Assembly: GCA_963807425.1 (NCBI GenBank)
Contig: CAWEBZ010000002.1
Location: 27,614-91,613 of the forward strand
Reading direction: 5' to 3'
DNA length: 64,000 nucleotides
Source: an uncultured Solirubrobacterales bacterium
GTDB taxonomy: Bacteria; Actinomycetota; Thermoleophilia; Solirubrobacterales; 70-9
In this document: one piece after another, positions 1 through 9,990 of the stretch
Layout of the letters: each line of letters begins with the position of its first letter
Position numbering within the stretch: the stretch's first letter is position 1
The notes under the pieces: generated by a model
What the model saw: only the letters and a program-made list of their open reading frames with translations
The model's database searches: none
What the model was told of the DNA's origin: nothing
Program-made: the position numbers and the translations under genes

Positions 1-88
1 CGCCAGGCCCCATCAGCTCCATCAGCAGGTTCGTCACCCCCCGTAGCTCAAGCTAGGAAGCGCGTCTCGACTGGAAGCTTCCCGCCCT

Positions 89-192
89 AGAGGCGCGTGG
101 ATGCCTCTCCGGCGGAACTTGTGAGCAACTCACCTTTGAACCCTGCTGGAGTGCGAGCGCGGGTTCCGCGGGAGAGGCATCCACGCGCCTCT
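89..192 (-). terminator. Long GC-rich stem-loop 10 nt downstream of the gltB stop
   Basis: Arms 89-110 and 171-192 are exact reverse complements (22/22). After one G:G mismatch, 7 more pairs follow (112-118/163-169). The apical 40 nt contain a small hairpin GTGAG-CAA-CTCAC (121-133). There is no U tract. Confidence 0.4.
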
Positions 193-201
193 CCCTCCGG
201 A

Positions 202-3200
202 TCACTCGGTCGAGATGCTCGGGTCGGCCTGGACCTTGTGCGGGACGACCATGAGGAATTTCTCGCCGGCTTCGGCGGCCAGGCCAAGAACCCGGTCTGC
301 CTCCTCATCCTGATCGGTGGCCCGCAGCTCGTTGGCGTAGTGGCCGAGCAGGTCGTCGACGTCGAGCAGGCCCTCGGCGTCGAGCTCTTTGAGCTCGACC
401 TTGGCACCCTCGCCGAGCCGCCGTTCGATCGCCTCGCGGTCGATGCCGAAGGCGCCGTGGCGAACGTAGACGCGGCCGCCGGTCATGCCGGCGCAGGCCC
501 AGGGACCGAGGTCGCCGAGGACGACGGCACGCCCGGAGGTCATGTACTCGAAGGCAAAGCCCTTGGCGTTGGCGCGATCGACGATGCAGCCGCGGCTGTC
601 GTCGATCTCCTCTTCGGGCTCACCCGCCAGCACCACGTCGGCGCCAGATAGGCGGATGCAGAAGCGCGAATCGGCCGAGCCCTGGACGACGAGGCGGCCA
701 CGCTGGGCACCGTAGGCGAAGGACTTGCCGACCGAGCCGTTGACCCGCTTGCCCTTGGCGCCCTTGCCCTTGAGCACGGACACCGTCCCGCCCAGCATCG
801 TCTTGCCGACGCCGTCTTGGGCACCGCCCTCGACCCGGATCGAGACGCCGTAGGAGTTGAACGCGCCGAGTCCCTGGCCGGCGACCGAGCCGCCGTTGAA
901 CTCGAGGCTGGCGAGCACGTCGTCGTTGGACTCCGGCCCGTCCTCGAAGATCCGGGTGCGGGAGATCGCCCCCGACAGCTCAGTGCCAAGGACGCGGTCG
1001 TTGGCGTCGGTGGCACGGGGGAACTGGTTGCGCACGGTGCGCCCCGAGCAGATGTCGCCGGCGAGAGCGCCAATCTGCGCCGACGCCTGCTTCGCCTCCA
1101 TCCGGATCGGGCGGGCGACGACGAGCCCCGCCTCGGCGCGCGCCTCGTCGAGCTCCTCCGCCACTGGCAGGTCGAGTGGCTCGAGGTCGAGGAACTCCTC
1201 CAGCGGCGTGATCAGCGGTGCCAGGTCAACCGTCTCGTGATGGGAGATCTGCTCGAGCAGGTCGTAGCGGCCGACGAGGTCCTGGGCGCGGTCGTAGCCG
1301 AGCGAGGCGACAACCTGCTTGACCTCCTCGCCCATCGCTTGGAAGAAGCGGGCACAGCTCTCGGCGGCGCCGTCGACCTCCTGCGGGGTGAACTTCTTCA
1401 GCCCGTGCTCCTGCGCCTGCTCGACCGTCTCGATCTGCGTCGCGATGCCGACGTGGCAGGTGTCGAGCTGGCAGCCGCGGCAGATCGTGCAGCCGAGGCT
1501 GACCATCGCCAGGGTGCCGAAGCCGACCCGGTTGGCGCCGAGGCAGTGCAGCTTGACGATGTCGTGGCCATGGCGGTAGCCGCCGTCGGCCCAGATCTCG
1601 ACCCGGTTGCGGATCCCGGCCTCCATCAGCGCCCGGTGCACGGCGCGGGTGCCGATGTCGGAGGGCAGGCCGACGTGGCGCAGCGCGTGCTGGCGGGCGG
1701 CGCCGGTCCCCCCCTCGAAGCCCGAGAGGGTGATGATGTCGGCGCCGGCCTTGGCGATCCCGAGGCCGATCGTGCCGATGTTCGGCACCACCGGCACCTT
1801 GACCGAGACGCGGACGTCGGGATTGACCGTCTTCAGCTCGTCGATCAGCTCGGCGAGATCCTCGATCGAGTAGAGGTCGTGGTTGTTTGACGGTGAGATC
1901 AGATCGGTGCCGGGTGCCGCGTTACGGGCGGCGGCGACCTTCTCGGAGACCTTCTTGCCGGGCAGGTGGCCGCCCTCGCCGGGCTTGGCGCCTTGGCCGA
2001 TCTTGATCTCGGCCAGATAGGAGGAGTTGAGCATCTCCGCCGAGACGCCGAAGCGGCCCGAGGCGACCTGCTGGCCGCGCCACTTGCGGTAGTGGCCGTA
2101 CATGTCGCGGATCTCGCCACCCTCGCCGTTGACGCAGAGGACATTGATCGACTTCGCCGCCTCGGCGTAGGCACGGAAGGCGGGCTCGGACTGGGAGCCG
2201 AAGCTCATCGAGGAGATCACGACCGGGTAGTCGTGGCGGCCGACGCCGGCATCGACGTTCGCCGGATCGACCGGGTCGCGATCCCCCTTCAGGCCCATGA
2301 TGTGGCGCATCGAGATCGGGCTCTGGCTCTCCAGGTCGCGGACCTTCTCCGAGTATTCCTCGTAGGAGCCGGTGCCGTTGGCGGTCGCGATCGCCGCCTT
2401 GTAGACCTTGGGGTAGAAGCGGAAGGTCTTGGCCGGCTTGGCCTCTTCGTCGCCGGCGAGGATCCGCGCCCGCTCGTTGGTGTCCACGTCGAGATCGGGA
2501 AAGCCGAAGCCGCTCGCCTCGGATGCGGCGAAGGCCTCGGTCTGGAAGATCTCGGCCAACTCGGGCTTGACCCCAATCGAGGAGAACTGGCGCGCATAGC
2601 CGCGCACCTCGTGGATCCCGATCGTCGAGATCACTTTCTCCATCCCCTTGTTGAGCGCGTCGCAGAGGTTGGAGACGTCGCTCTCGTAGTCCTCGACGCA
2701 GATCACCTCGACCATCGTGTACGGGCAGACGCCGTTGGCGCCGAGACCGAGGGCGAGCAGGGTGTCGTGGACGTTGCGGAGCGCGGCGGAGCGCAGCACG
2801 ACGCCGCAACGGCGGCGCAGGTTCTCCTCGCCGGGCTCGACCTTGAACTGCTTCAGCGCCTGGTCGACGGCGGAGACAGCGAGGTGAGGGTCGAGGTAGC
2901 GGCGCTCGGCGTCATAGACGGTACGGTCGGTCAGCACCAGCAGCTCGGCGCCGTTGCGGACTTTCTTCACCGCTTCCTGCTTGATCCGCTCGATCGCCCC
3001 CTGGGTCGTCTCGGACTCGAGCAGGGAGATGTCGACGGCGTCGGCGCGGCCGCGGAACTCCTCCCAGAGGTCCTCGAGCAGGTAGGTGCGGTGCTTGCGC
3101 GCGATCGCGCGATAGGTCTTGTCGGAGAGCGGCGCCATGTCGTGATGGCCACCGAGGATCACCGGGAACTCGGTCTCGACGGTGCCGGTGTCCTCGCCTG

Positions 3201-4875
3201 CGGCGTGGATCGAGGGTCGGCGGCCGAACACCGTCCTGGTGGAGAAGTGCTCCATCTCACGTTCGCGGTCGATCGCCGGGTTGGTGACGACGGCAACCGT
3301 CTCCTTGAAGTAGTCGGCGAGGTTCTGGCGCTCCGGCGATAGCGCGGCCAGTGGGCCGTCGTAGCCGAGCGAGCCCACCGGCTCGGACCCGTTCGAAGCC
3401 ATCTGCTGGACGAGTTTGACGTCGTCGCGCTGCCAGCCGAAGCCGGCGAGGACGCGGTCGGAGACCTTGACCGGCTCCTCGGGACCGGCGTCGGAATAGC
3501 CCGGGACCTCGCCGCCCTCGAGCGGGCCACCGGCGTCGAGGGCACGGTCGTAGGGGCCGGCGTCCTCGGCGCCGTTGCGTGCCAGCCAGCGCTTGCGGAC
3601 GATGCGCAGCATCTCGTCGTGGGGGTGCAGGGTCGAGCGCTTGCGCTCGCGGTCGATCTTCACCAGTGCCTTCTCGCCGGGGGCTAGCGGCTTCGGCTCG
3701 GCGGCCATCGCGCTGACCGGGACGACCCCGGGCTCGGAGCTGAAGACGAAGTCCTCCGCGGTCTCCACCTGCCACAGCGGCCGCAGCCCGAGCGCGTCGG
3801 CGGAGAAGACGCATTCGTTGGTATGGCGGGCAATCAGCGCGACCGGCCCCTGGGCGAAGGGGCCCATCGCCTGGTGCAGATACATGTAGAAGCGATGCAG
3901 CTCGGAGGGCATCGAGCGGATCTCCTCGGCGATCGGTGGCACGACCATCTCCATCGCCTCGGCGAGGCTGAGGCCATCGCGGCTGATCAGGGTGTCGATC
4001 GTTCGGTTGAGGTCCTGCGAGTCCGAGGAACCTGGCTGAATCGGCACTCCCAGCATCAGCGCCTCCTGGCGCAGCTGGGCGATCGTGTTGATCTCGCCGT
4101 TGTGGCCGAGCACCGAGAAGGGCTGGACCCGCTTGAAGGAAGGCCAGGTGTTGGTCGAGTAGCGATTGTGGCCGAAGCTGCCGATCGTCTCGAAGCGCTC
4201 GTCGAGCAGGTCGGGGTAGTACTCGCCGAGCACCTTCGGCGCCCCCATCACCTTGTAGACGCAGGTCGTCGCCGAGAAGGACGGAACGTGGACGTCGAGG
4301 CGCTGCTCGAGCTCGATCAGCAGGTCGAAGAGCACGCGGTCGCGGTGCGAGGCGTCGGCGACGAGGCCAGCCAGCTGCCAGAAATGCGGCTCCTCCTCGC
4401 GCGCCGTGGGGCCGAGGGCGGGAGAGTTGACCACCCCAACCCGCTCGGCGAGGATGCGGAAGCCGCCCCGCCCGAGCAGCTCGCGGGCGTCGTGCTGGAT
4501 CCGCTCGCGATCCTGGGAGCGTTCGATGAAGATGTGGGCGACGGCGAAGGCGTCGTCGAGAGTGAGCGAGGGGTCGTGGCCGCCGGAGCGGACCTCCTCG
4601 GCCCAGATCTTGCGCGGCAGGTCGAGCAGCAGCCCGCAGCCGTCGCCCTCGCCATCGACGTTGCCGGCACGGTGCAGCATCTTCCCCAGAGCCGGGATCG
4701 CCAGTTCGATCGGCGCGTGGCTCGGCGTCGCGTCTTTGCGCACGGACGCGTAGATCGCACAGGCGTCCTTGTCCTCGACGCTGGGCGGCGAGACGAGCGG
4801 CCGGTAGGGACGCTCAGGCGAGTAGCGGACGGGGCCGCGCTCGCCGTGAAGCTCACGGGACTGGCTATCGGACAT
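202..4875 (-). CDS. gltB: Glutamate synthase large subunit
   Basis: Uninterrupted 1557-aa ORF with the amidotransferase, FMN/Fe-S and C-terminal GXGXG-type regions typical of GltB. A GGGAGG RBS lies 5 nt upstream of the ATG at 4875. Confidence 0.95.
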   Translation of the reverse strand: MSDSQSRELHGERGPVRYSPERPYRPLVSPPSVEDKDACAIYASVRKDATPSHAPIELAIPALGKMLHRAGNVDGEGDGCGLLLDLPRKIWAEEVRSGGHDPSLTLDDAFAVAHIFIERSQDRERIQHDARELLGRGGFRILAERVGVVNSPALGPTAREEEPHFWQLAGLVADASHRDRVLFDLLIELEQRLDVHVPSFSATTCVYKVMGAPKVLGEYYPDLLDERFETIGSFGHNRYSTNTWPSFKRVQPFSVLGHNGEINTIAQLRQEALMLGVPIQPGSSDSQDLNRTIDTLISRDGLSLAEAMEMVVPPIAEEIRSMPSELHRFYMYLHQAMGPFAQGPVALIARHTNECVFSADALGLRPLWQVETAEDFVFSSEPGVVPVSAMAAEPKPLAPGEKALVKIDRERKRSTLHPHDEMLRIVRKRWLARNGAEDAGPYDRALDAGGPLEGGEVPGYSDAGPEEPVKVSDRVLAGFGWQRDDVKLVQQMASNGSEPVGSLGYDGPLAALSPERQNLADYFKETVAVVTNPAIDREREMEHFSTRTVFGRRPSIHAAGEDTGTVETEFPVILGGHHDMAPLSDKTYRAIARKHRTYLLEDLWEEFRGRADAVDISLLESETTQGAIERIKQEAVKKVRNGAELLVLTDRTVYDAERRYLDPHLAVSAVDQALKQFKVEPGEENLRRRCGVVLRSAALRNVHDTLLALGLGANGVCPYTMVEVICVEDYESDVSNLCDALNKGMEKVISTIGIHEVRGYARQFSSIGVKPELAEIFQTEAFAASEASGFGFPDLDVDTNERARILAGDEEAKPAKTFRFYPKVYKAAIATANGTGSYEEYSEKVRDLESQSPISMRHIMGLKGDRDPVDPANVDAGVGRHDYPVVISSMSFGSQSEPAFRAYAEAAKSINVLCVNGEGGEIRDMYGHYRKWRGQQVASGRFGVSAEMLNSSYLAEIKIGQGAKPGEGGHLPGKKVSEKVAAARNAAPGTDLISPSNNHDLYSIEDLAELIDELKTVNPDVRVSVKVPVVPNIGTIGLGIAKAGADIITLSGFEGGTGAARQHALRHVGLPSDIGTRAVHRALMEAGIRNRVEIWADGGYRHGHDIVKLHCLGANRVGFGTLAMVSLGCTICRGCQLDTCHVGIATQIETVEQAQEHGLKKFTPQEVDGAAESCARFFQAMGEEVKQVVASLGYDRAQDLVGRYDLLEQISHHETVDLAPLITPLEEFLDLEPLDLPVAEELDEARAEAGLVVARPIRMEAKQASAQIGALAGDICSGRTVRNQFPRATDANDRVLGTELSGAISRTRIFEDGPESNDDVLASLEFNGGSVAGQGLGAFNSYGVSIRVEGGAQDGVGKTMLGGTVSVLKGKGAKGKRVNGSVGKSFAYGAQRGRLVVQGSADSRFCIRLSGADVVLAGEPEEEIDDSRGCIVDRANAKGFAFEYMTSGRAVVLGDLGPWACAGMTGGRVYVRHGAFGIDREAIERRLGEGAKVELKELDAEGLLDVDDLLGHYANELRATDQDEEADRVLGLAAEAGEKFLMVVPHKVQADPSISTE

Positions 4876-4978
4876 GCTGACCTCCCGGTTTCCACGCCTT
4901 CTTCGAGCGGGCGCGCGACGGGTTGACGAGTCGCAGAATTATAGGGCCAGCGCCTAGGGCAACTCGCATGAATCTTCA

Positions 4979-5002
4979 TTTACCCGCTCTATGCGGGGTA
5001 AA
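4979..5002 (-). terminator. Weak hairpin downstream of the cupin gene
   Basis: TTTACCCGC / GCGGGGTAAA stem with one bulged base and a 5-nt loop, about 20 nt after the stop at 5022. There is no clear U tract. Confidence 0.3.
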
Positions 5003-5021
5003 TGCGTAACCCAGCGGGCCG

Positions 5022-5396
5022 CTAGGCCCAGGAAGAGTGCTCGAAATCGCCGCTCGGGTCGACCCCGATCAGGAGGGCGGTGACAAGGGCGTCGGAGCGG
5101 TTGAGGATCGTGCGTCTGACGGGTGGCTCGAGCGAGGCGAAGGTGCCCGCGGGGGCCGCGTGGTCCTCTCCGTCGATCCGGAAGATCGCCTCTCCCTCGA
5201 GGATCGCGTAGAGCTCGACCTGACCGCTGCCGGACTCGTCGTGCTCGGGGATCTGCCCGCCCGGACCGATCTCGACCAGGTTGTAGCCGAACGCCGAGGT
5301 GCCGAGCGCCTTGCGCGCCAGCAGCCAGGTCGACTCCCCCGACCCCTCCATCGTCTCGAACTCGTCGCGGTGCTTGATCGTGTAGCCGTCGCCCAT
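5022..5396 (-). CDS. Cupin-domain protein
   Basis: 124 aa counted from the internal ATG at 5396. The longer 181-aa ORF would overlap the upstream gene. Cupin-like barrel motifs are present (GGQIPEHDE ... VELYAILEGE). Confidence 0.65.
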   Translation of the reverse strand: MGDGYTIKHRDEFETMEGSGESTWLLARKALGTSAFGYNLVEIGPGGQIPEHDESGSGQVELYAILEGEAIFRIDGEDHAAPAGTFASLEPPVRRTILNRSDALVTALLIGVDPSGDFEHSSWA

Positions 5397-5397
5397 C

Positions 5398-6429
5398 TCA
5401 GTTGCTCCAGTCAGGTTCGAATGCGTTCTTGGCAAGCACCTTTGGCTTGCCGCCTGTGTAAGGGATGCTGACGACCTTGTGGTTAGGACCGGGTTCGAAG
5501 CCGCCGAGACTGCCGAGGACGGTATTGCCGTCGCCGGAGAGGGCGGCACCGACGAAGCCGACCTCACGTTCCTTCGTCAGCGCTTGTTCCGCACCGGTCC
5601 GCGGATTGACCGTGACGGCATAGCTCGTGTCCTGGCCGCCGAACTCGGCGAGCAGGCGCTGTCCATTCGCCGACCACTCGGTGGGAGTCAAGCCCAACAG
5701 CAGCGGTCCAACTTTGGTGTGGGTCAAACGCTTCTGCTGGCTGCCATCCGGGTTCATCAGGAAGAGCTCGTTCTTCGGGGCGTACTTGCGCTGCTTGGCG
5801 CCGAGGAGCTTGACGAAGACGATCTTGCCGATCGGACCCCAGAGGGGACTTTGGGAGCGCCGATCGTGGGTGAGGCGAACCGGTTTGCCGCCGCCCGTAG
5901 CGACGCGGTAGACGTCGCTTCGAAGCGGGAACTTTTCGCTCCCGGCCCTCGAGTAGACCAGTTCATCGCCGGGGGGAGAGAAGCTGAAGCCGCTGAAGTA
6001 GCCGGCCGCGACCGTGCGCTTGGCCCCAGTCGCGACATCCAGCAGAACCAGATTTCGCGAGCCGAGCTCGGCCCCCCGCAGCGCCGCGATCGTCTTCGAA
6101 TCGGGTGAAAAAGCAAGATAGGAGGTCTCCTGCCAAGCGGGCATCAACCTGCGCGAGGGCCCGCCGGCGACCGGCGCCAGCACCAGTTCCTGAGCGTGAC
6201 CGGGACCTTCACGGAGATAGGCGATCGTCTGGCCATCGGGAAGTACCCGCGGGCTCCGTCCCGGGCCGACCCTGCGCGCGCCGGAGCCGTCGTCAGCCGC
6301 GACGTAGACGACAGGGTTCAGCGGATTGCGGGTGTAGGTCAGCGTCGCCTGCGCAGCCACCGGGAGGGAGAGAAGCGCAGCCATAGCGGCGATCAGCGCA
6401 ATCCATCCAGACCTCAGCGTGCCCGGCAT
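5398..6429 (-). CDS. Secreted TolB-like (PD40/WD40-like) beta-propeller protein
   Basis: From the Met at 6429 there is a signal-peptide-like N-terminus (WIALIAAMAALLSLPVAAQA). Blade motifs repeat (FSPDSKT, FSPPGDELVY, NPDGSQ, SGDGNT). Confidence 0.65.
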   Translation of the reverse strand: MPGTLRSGWIALIAAMAALLSLPVAAQATLTYTRNPLNPVVYVAADDGSGARRVGPGRSPRVLPDGQTIAYLREGPGHAQELVLAPVAGGPSRRLMPAWQETSYLAFSPDSKTIAALRGAELGSRNLVLLDVATGAKRTVAAGYFSGFSFSPPGDELVYSRAGSEKFPLRSDVYRVATGGGKPVRLTHDRRSQSPLWGPIGKIVFVKLLGAKQRKYAPKNELFLMNPDGSQQKRLTHTKVGPLLLGLTPTEWSANGQRLLAEFGGQDTSYAVTVNPRTGAEQALTKEREVGFVGAALSGDGNTVLGSLGGFEPGPNHKVVSIPYTGGKPKVLAKNAFEPDWSN

Positions 6430-6469
6430 GCGGCGATGGTAGCCACGTGATCGGCCCGGACCGTGGCGC

Positions 6470-6847
6470 TCAGCCGGGGCCGACGATTGCCGCGGCGACC
6501 AGGCCGCCGCTGACACCGAGAAAGGAGACGACCGCCAGTGAGCGGTACCAGAGGCGTTTCTCGGCGTCGGGATCGAAGGCGAGCGGGACGAAGAGGAAGG
6601 GGTTGACGGCGGTGCCGAAGACGAGGAGCACGGCGATCGCCACCGGCAGGTCCGGGACGGCGAGGCCGACGCCGATCAGGATCAGGCCCATCATCACGTA
6701 GTCGAGGTGGACCTGGCGGATCCGCTGCGGGGCGACGATCCCGATCCGGCGCAGCCACTCGGGCTGCTCTTGGCGGACGACCATCGCCCAGCCCAATAGT
6801 CCGCCGAGCGCCAGCTCGATCAGGCCGATCTGGATCACCCAGTCCAT
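6470..6847 (-). CDS. Small integral membrane protein (4 hydrophobic segments)
   Basis: 125 aa from the ATG at 6847, 2 nt after the thrB stop. The sequence is strongly hydrophobic. I recognise no family. Confidence 0.5.
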   Translation of the reverse strand: MDWVIQIGLIELALGGLLGWAMVVRQEQPEWLRRIGIVAPQRIRQVHLDYVMMGLILIGVGLAVPDLPVAIAVLLVFGTAVNPFLFVPLAFDPDAEKRLWYRSLAVVSFLGVSGGLVAAAIVGPG

Positions 6848-6849
6848 GC

Positions 6850-7728
6850 CTAGAGCTCGGGGACGTCGGCGCCGTGGGGGCTGAAGGGGAGGCGGTGGAC
6901 CTCTGCCCAACCGGCGCAGCGGCGCTCCAGCTCCTCGGTGATCTTGCCAGCGTCCTGCCAGGTGGTCCAGACAAGGACCGTGGGGCCGGCGCCCGAGATC
7001 GTCGCCCCGAGGGCGCCGATCTCAGCCGCGGAGTCGACCAGCTCCATCGAGCGCGGGTAGAGCTGGCGCCGGCGCTGCTGATGGATGCGGTCTGCGAGGC
7101 CGCGGGCGACGAGGTCGAGGTCGGCACGCTGCAGGCCGAGAACGAGCTGCGAGGCGGCGGAGACGTTCGCCACAGCATCCGCGAGCGGGATCTCAGCCGG
7201 GATCGCCTCCCGCGCCCGCTCGGTCGAGACCGCCTCGGCGGGGATCACGGCGACGCCCTCGAGACCGCCGGGAGGATCGAAGCGGGCGGCGATCGGCACT
7301 CCGCCGTCGGTGCCGCAGATCACGAACCCGCCATAGATCGCCGCCGCGACGTTGTCCGGGTGCCCCTCCAGCTCGGCCGCGCGGGCCAGCATCTCCTCTT
7401 TCGAGAGGGCCAGCTCGAAGAGGTGCTCGGCAGCGGCGAGCCCAGCGACGATCGCTGCCGCGCTGGAGCCGAGCCCGCGCGCGAGCGGAATCTCGCTGCG
7501 CAGGCGGAAGGCGATCCCGTCCGCCGGATGCAGGCTCTCGAAGGCCCGCACCACCAGGTTGTCGCGGCCGGTCGGCACGTCGAGCCCGCCGGGGTCGAAG
7601 GAGAACTCTCCCGCCTCCTCGACCTCCAGCTCCAGGTGCAGGGCGACCGCAGCCGCCAGCACGTCGTAGCCCGGACCAAGGTTGGCCGAGGTGGCGGGAA
7701 CGCGAACCAGTCGGTGGCGGGTCGTCAC
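6850..7728 (-). CDS. thrB: Homoserine kinase
   Basis: GHMP-kinase motifs [12 protein letters not shown] and GLGSSAA. Its start overlaps the thrC stop by 4 nt. Confidence 0.9.
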   Translation of the reverse strand: MTTRHRLVRVPATSANLGPGYDVLAAAVALHLELEVEEAGEFSFDPGGLDVPTGRDNLVVRAFESLHPADGIAFRLRSEIPLARGLGSSAAAIVAGLAAAEHLFELALSKEEMLARAAELEGHPDNVAAAIYGGFVICGTDGGVPIAARFDPPGGLEGVAVIPAEAVSTERAREAIPAEIPLADAVANVSAASQLVLGLQRADLDLVARGLADRIHQQRRRQLYPRSMELVDSAAEIGALGATISGAGPTVLVWTTWQDAGKITEELERRCAGWAEVHRLPFSPHGADVPEL

Positions 7729-8759
7729 GCGAAGACCGCGCGCTCGACCGCGCTGAGGTCGTTCTCGCAGTTGATCACCGAAGGTGCTTTGGACAGCGCC
7801 GTGTCGGGGTCCTTGAGGCCATGTCCGGTGAGGACACAGACGACCGACTCGGGAGGAGCCTCTCCCTCGACCACAGGCAAGCCGTGAGCGAGCAGGCCGG
7901 CCACCGAGGCGGCCGAGGCCGGCTCGCAGAAAACGCCCTCGCCCGCGGCGAGCCAGCGGTAGGCGTCAAGGATCTGATCGTCGCTGACCGCGGCGACCCT
8001 GCCGCGCGAGGCGGTGAAGGCGTCCATCGCCTCCTCCCAGCGAGCCGGGTTGCCGATTCGGATCGCCGAGGCGACCGTCTCCGGATTGGCCACCGGGGCG
8101 CCTCCAACGAGTGGGGCGGCACCCTCGGCCTGGAAGCCGTAGAGCACCGGCGCGGCGCCGGCCTCCTGGAAACCGCGCCAGTAGGCGGTCACGTTGCCGG
8201 CGTTGCCGACCGGTATCGCCAGCGCGCCGGGCGCCTCTCCCAGCTCCTCGATCACCTCAAAGGCCGCTGTCTTCTGCCCTTCGATCCGGTGCGGGTTGAC
8301 CGAGTTGACGAGCTCGATCGGGTGCTTGTCGGCGAGCTCGCGAACGATGCGCAGGGCATCGTCGAAGTTCCCCTGCAGGGCGACGACCCGCGCCCCGTGC
8401 ATCAGCGCCTGGGCGAGCTTGCCGATCGCGATCTTGCCCTCCGGCACGATCACCGCTCCTCGCAATCCGGCTCGCGCGGCGTAGGCCGCAGCGCTTGCGG
8501 CGGTGTTGCCGGTAGAGGCGCAGATGACCGCCTCCGCCCCCCTTCCCTTCGCCCTCGACACCGCGACCGTCATCCCACGGTCCTTGAAGCTTCCGGTCGG
8601 GTTCGCCCCCTCGAACTTGAGGTAGGCGCGCACCCCGAGCCGCTCGGAAAGGCGCGGCGCCTCGATCAACGGCGTCGACCCCTCGTTCAGCGTCACCACG
8701 GGGTCGCCGGGCTCCAGCGACAGCTGCTCCCTGTAGCGCTCGATTAGCGCAGCAGGCAT
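7725..8759 (-). CDS. thrC: Threonine synthase
   Basis: PLP-lysine motif [10 protein letters not shown], 344 aa, lying between hom and thrB. Confidence 0.93.
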   Translation of the reverse strand: MPAALIERYREQLSLEPGDPVVTLNEGSTPLIEAPRLSERLGVRAYLKFEGANPTGSFKDRGMTVAVSRAKGRGAEAVICASTGNTAASAAAYAARAGLRGAVIVPEGKIAIGKLAQALMHGARVVALQGNFDDALRIVRELADKHPIELVNSVNPHRIEGQKTAAFEVIEELGEAPGALAIPVGNAGNVTAYWRGFQEAGAAPVLYGFQAEGAAPLVGGAPVANPETVASAIRIGNPARWEEAMDAFTASRGRVAAVSDDQILDAYRWLAAGEGVFCEPASAASVAGLLAHGLPVVEGEAPPESVVCVLTGHGLKDPDTALSKAPSVINCENDLSAVERAVFA

Positions 8760-8766
8760 GCCACCC

Positions 8767-9990
8767 TCACACGAACTCCTCTTCGATCACGCGGATGGAA
8801 CGCGGCGGCGACCTGAGCACGTCGAGGTCCTCGATCTCTTCCAGCGCCGCCGCGAATCGCGACTCTAAGCACTCGTGAATGACCATCACCAAGCGGGTGT
8901 CGTCGCCGACGCCGCGCTGGACGACACTCTTCACCGACACGTCTTTGTCGCCTAGTACGCGTGCTATCTGGGCGAGCACGCCGGGGCGGTCTGCCACCGC
9001 CAGGTGCAGGTAGAAGGAGGAGGCGACGTCGGAGACGATCGGCAACTCCTCGCGAGTCTCGTGAACGGGCGCGTCGCCGCTGAGGATCGAGACAACGTCC
9101 CCGAGCACGGCCGAGGCGGTCTGCACGCCCCCCGCCCCCGGTCCCGACATCGTCACCTCGGTGATCTCGTCCGCCTCGACCATCACCGCGTTGAACGGCC
9201 CCTCGACCGGAGCTAGGGGATGGCCGCCGTAGAGGAAGCAGGGAAAGACCCGCACGCTGATCCCGCCTTCGCGACGCTCGGCGACGCCGAGCAGCTTCAG
9301 CGAGAGACCCAGCTCCTTGGCGTAGGCGAGATCGTCGGGTTTGACCTGCTCGATTCCCTCGTAGGCGACCTCCTCGAGCGTGACCGGGGTGTGGAAGGCG
9401 AGGCGGGCGAGGATCGCCATCTTCGCCGCGGCATCGGCGCCGTTGACGTCGTCGGTCGGATCCGACTCGGCGTAGCCCAGCTCCTGCGCGCGAGAGAGGA
9501 CGTCCTCATAAGACGCTCCGGTGGCGGCCATCTCGCTGAGGATGAAGTTGGTGGTGCCGTTGACGATGCCGAAGACCTTGGTGATCTCGGTTGCGGCAAA
9601 GCTCTCCTGGATCACGCGCACGATCGGGATCACGCCGGCGACCGCCGCCTCGAAGCGAAGCTGGACGCCAGCCTTGCGGGCAACGTCGAATAGCTCGTCA
9701 CCGTGGCGGGCGAGCAACTGCTTGTTGGCGGTGACGACCGGTTTGCCGGCCCGCAGTGCCTCCAGCACATGAGCGCGGGCGGGATCGGTGCCCCCGATCA
9801 GCTCGACGATCAGATCGGAGCGCTCGAGGATCTCGCCGAAGTCACCCTCGGAGCGGGTGAGAATCCCCGAAACCTCCGGGCGGCGCCCGGTCGCCGCCTC
9901 GACCGCGTCGGCGCGCGCAGCGACCAGGTCGGCGAAGGCAGCGCCCACCGTGCCGCGTCCCAGCAGCCCGATGCGAATCGGATCAGACAT
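8767..9990 (-). CDS. hom: Homoserine dehydrogenase with C-terminal ACT domain
   Basis: N-terminal Rossmann motif GLLGRGTVG, a homoserine dehydrogenase core and an ACT-like C-terminus. Operon context is lysA-hom-thrC-thrB. Confidence 0.92.
   Translation of the reverse strand: MSDPIRIGLLGRGTVGAAFADLVAARADAVEAATGRRPEVSGILTRSEGDFGEILERSDLIVELIGGTDPARAHVLEALRAGKPVVTANKQLLARHGDELFDVARKAGVQLRFEAAVAGVIPIVRVIQESFAATEITKVFGIVNGTTNFILSEMAATGASYEDVLSRAQELGYAESDPTDDVNGADAAAKMAILARLAFHTPVTLEEVAYEGIEQVKPDDLAYAKELGLSLKLLGVAERREGGISVRVFPCFLYGGHPLAPVEGPFNAVMVEADEITEVTMSGPGAGGVQTASAVLGDVVSILSGDAPVHETREELPIVSDVASSFYLHLAVADRPGVLAQIARVLGDKDVSVKSVVQRGVGDDTRLVMVIHECLESRFAAALEEIEDLDVLRSPPRSIRVIEEEFV

Noticed and set aside
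1-201. Missing gltD downstream of gltB interpreted as gene loss
   Set aside because: Only 201 nt remain before the window edge, and half of that is the hairpin. gltD may simply lie further on or elsewhere in the genome.
1966-3342. Long plus-strand ORFs (e.g. 97-651, 817-1890, 1966-3342, 3823-4926) opposite gltB
   Set aside because: They lie antisense to a clearly homologous 1557-aa gene. Their translations are Arg/Ala/Gly/Leu/Asp-rich with no recognisable motifs. This is the usual stop-codon-poor antisense frame of high-GC DNA.
4938-4943. Perfect TATAAT (minus strand) upstream of gltB as its -10 box
   Set aside because: The only TTG-containing hexamer upstream (TTGCCC) is 13 nt away, too close for a sigma-70 promoter. 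Without TSS data the call is not supportable.
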